Source: Auanema rhodensis (taxonomy: Eukaryota; Animalia; Nematoda). From it: a stretch of 64,000 bases of DNA. Every line of letters begins with the position of its first letter. The stretch's first letter is position 1. The stretch is taken from the NCBI GenBank assembly GCA_964057225.1, contig OZ059898.1, positions 7,874,001 through 7,938,000 on the forward strand, given 5' to 3'. Below the pieces are notes generated by a model, which worked only from the letters and a program-made list of their open reading frames with translations, was not told the DNA's origin and made no database searches. The position numbers and the translations under genes were made by a program. Shown here piece after piece: positions 61,093 through 64,000 of the stretch.

Positions 61093-63347
61093 ATGTCTTT
61101 ACTAAATTTTACTCCGCTTACTGTGCATGGAAGACCGTATGCTATTCAAGAATATAATGGAAAGATAACTAATGGATCTCAAGATGAATTTAAAATTGTA
61201 AATAAAACAGAGATTGTAAGTTAAAACTGTGCTGTTATTGTAACCATATTTTTTCACAGCTTTCTATGTATCCTAATTTGGAAAAATCAAAACTTAATTG
61301 CTTGCAACATAGTATTTCCCGAGATGATATGCGAGGCGGTTTTGCTACTCGGGATTCAAATGGTATACAACAAGCTTGGGATAGATGGTAATTCGGATAC
61401 TGTTTGGTAATATTAATTTTGTTTGGCTTAGGAATCAGGAAGGTATAACGGGAGTTGTAGATCATGTAGCTAATGCAACCGAGACAAGCAAATTGTGGCC
61501 GATTTCAAGATTAGGTATGGTTCCCCGTTTATCTACTATTGTTTTTTTTAATATTTGCAGGAAAAGGAATTTTAAAAGTTCAAAATAGTGTATCCTTCAT
61601 AGCTTCTAAAGTATTTCCCACCTTAGCCCAAGAGCGGATCGAAGATTTGCTACAAAAATATGGTCATACATTAGATTGGTATAATTTTTATTGGTTATTG
61701 GAAATTTATTTTTAAATTTATAGGAAAACCTCATGGCTTCGATGTATAGCTATTCATGAAAATGGAAGACGTTTTGCAATTTGCCAACAGAACGATTATA
61801 TTAGAGTTTATACAGTATCCAATAGGAATGACAGTTCAGCACCACTAACATTGAAGCATCCTTCTCAACAAAATGTTGCTTGCATGGCTTGGCAGTATGT
61901 ATTTAACGGCTCATTGTTGTTCAAAGCAAGTTTTTTCAGAATTTTCGATCATCGTGTATTGGCCGTAGGCGCTGGGAGTACGGTAATAATTTGGAGACTA
62001 ACCAATAAGACGTTTAACTTAAAGTAAATCATAATGTATAACGAGTCTTCTAATTCTAAAATATTTAAGACCATCCGCACAATGTGCTCAGATTATTGAC
62101 CTCTCTGTGGGACCAGTTACACAATTAATTTGGGATAAAACGTCCAGTAACGGATTATTAGCTGTAACTCCGAATTCAAGCAAAATTATGGTATGCTTTG
62201 ATGCGCATATATAAAGTTAGACTTGCCTTTTTAGGTGATAGACGCTAGCAATGGCGAGGTTGATTCTTTAGGTGCGTGGACAGGTGGATGTATAACCCGG
62301 ATTATACCAGCGCCTGATGGAAAACAATTAGCAGTTTTATATATCGGAAATCTCATAAGGTTGACTAAAGTTGAAAAAAAATTATTTTGTTTCTTTTAGA
62401 GTCTATGATAGAACTTCGTGGAGTTCTGAGAAGTGGAATAACTTAGATGGGAGAGCAGTTGATGCTGTATGGTCACCAAATGGAGGTAAGTTTTTTTTTC
62501 TGACATTTTTTCTATTTTATCATTTTAGATTGCCTTGTTTTTTCCACTGAAAATAGTCATAAGCTTTTCTCTATTTCTTTCACTCGAAAAGAGATAATAA
62601 ACGAAGATGGTCGGACAGAGACGTAAGTTTCTATTTCTAGTTTCATATATTTCAGCATTTTTCAGAAAATTAATAGGTGAATCAGTAGCTCAACCAGTGT
62701 ATGATGTTAGTGCTGTTGAATTTGATGCATCAGAGCTCAATGTTCTCAACGCAGTGGAAAGACCTATTCAAATTATCGGAGGCGAAGTTCAATCATTATC
62801 TTTAAGTCCTGATGGCCAAAGGCTCACTGTTCAATTCAAACGTACGCTCTATCTGTTTTATATTATAAATTTATGTATTTTAGATAATCCAGAGGTTTTC
62901 GCTCTATTTGTTGTTGACTGGTATCCAGTTTTAAGGCTTATTCCAATGTATTTTAGGTGTATTTTACCTTTAATCATTTTGTTTTTATAGTGGGTTGGTG
63001 GAAGCTCCCGCTTATGGTAATGTGGTTATATCCCAATTTGTCCCACAGTTCAACTATGGATCACTTCTCTGCATTGTAATCTCCTTTTTTCTTTAATGTC
63101 TGAATTTATTTCTTTGTAGGTTTGGTCTGGTGGTAAAGTACAATATTTACCTTTAGTTTATGGTAATAATGCTTCCTATGGAGTTGCCGGAAATATATTG
63201 GGCTATAATCCTAATAATTCTAATAATTTTAATAACATATCTCTTTATCAACACTCGATTGATAACTCTTTGAGATCCGTTGATCTCTCAATGAGTTTAC
63301 GGGATTCTCTACATAATGAAACAGGTGCTTCCGGTGATAAACATTAA
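61093..63347 (+). CDS. AAAS: ALADIN-like WD40 nucleoporin, multi-exon
   Basis: LKHPSQQNVACMAW, VLAVGAGSTVIIW, RPSAQCAQ, WTGGCIT..APDG, WSSEKW..LDGR..AVWSPNG, IGGEVQSLSLSPDGQRL match human ALADIN motifs in order. Confidence 0.8.
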
Positions 63348-63498
63348 CTAATTTTTATTTTTTCCGGGTTATTGAAATGCATGTACATTACTATATGGTA
63401 AATTAAAGCTCTAATTGTTTTTCTATATACAAGAGATCTTAAAAAAGCTCAAAAACTAGCTCAAATACAGAACTGAAGAGCAAGCAGAGAAAAAACTA

Positions 63499-63978
63499 TT
63501 AATAAAGACACGTTTTCTTCATAATATCGAAAAACTCCTGTTCATTAACTTTACCATCGGTACTTCCATGAGATGCTTCTTTAATCATATCGTTTAACTC
63601 TTCAATGGCCAAGTCTTCTCCAAGTTCTTTGGCGACCTAGAAATCAATGTAATAATTATGGGTAAAGAAACTTTGTTAATACCTGTTTGAGATTTTCAAC
63701 TGAAATCCACCCTTTTCCTTCTTTATCAAACAAACGGAAAGCACTTCGCATCTCCTCTAACGACTTATCGGTTTCAGTAGTATCTTTTAAAAGGTCCAAG
63801 AACTCTCCAACATCGATAGAATCGGGATCTTCAAATAAGAAGATTAGAGTTTTTAAACATTATACGATTTACTTTCTTGTCCTTTAACGGTTTTAGATTT
63901 CATATCCTTGATCTTTTTAGTCATTGTCTCGATCTGGGCATTTCTAGGATCAAACCCCAAACCTCTCATCACAAGCTA
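63499..63978 (-). CDS. Centrin-like EF-hand protein, 3' exons (5' end beyond window)
   Basis: [28 protein letters not shown]|[38 protein letters not shown]; C-terminus is centrin-typical. Confidence 0.8.
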
Positions 63979-64000
63979 AATAAAATAATATAAAAAATAA

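Overview
AT-rich eukaryotic DNA, almost certainly nematode (5S sequence close to C. elegans, short introns with TTTCAG-type acceptors, Cer-like retroelements, Tc3-like transposon). Positions ~4471-55751 are a 5S rDNA tandem array (~475-bp unit, ~31 whole or partial genes, no SL1 gene in the spacer). The array switches orientation at ~28.4-28.5 kb and is densely invaded by LTR retrotransposons: (i) two BEL/Pao elements with long open polyproteins, one complete with a phlebovirus-like envelope (42235-50581); (ii) four copies of another BEL/Pao family ('C'), all joined to the same GGGCC site (+64..+68) inside the 5S gene, in both orientations; (iii) two related Gypsy-type elements plus a solo LTR, all inserted 49-69 bp upstream of a 5S start. 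Two family-C copies carry a captured tobamo/virga-like RNA-virus capping enzyme (methyltransferase/guanylyltransferase) fused in frame to an element-encoded zinc-knuckle protein. Right of the array are ordinary host genes: a receptor tyrosine kinase, an ALADIN-like WD40 nucleoporin and a centrin-like EF-hand gene. All homology calls are by eye from motifs; no searches were run.
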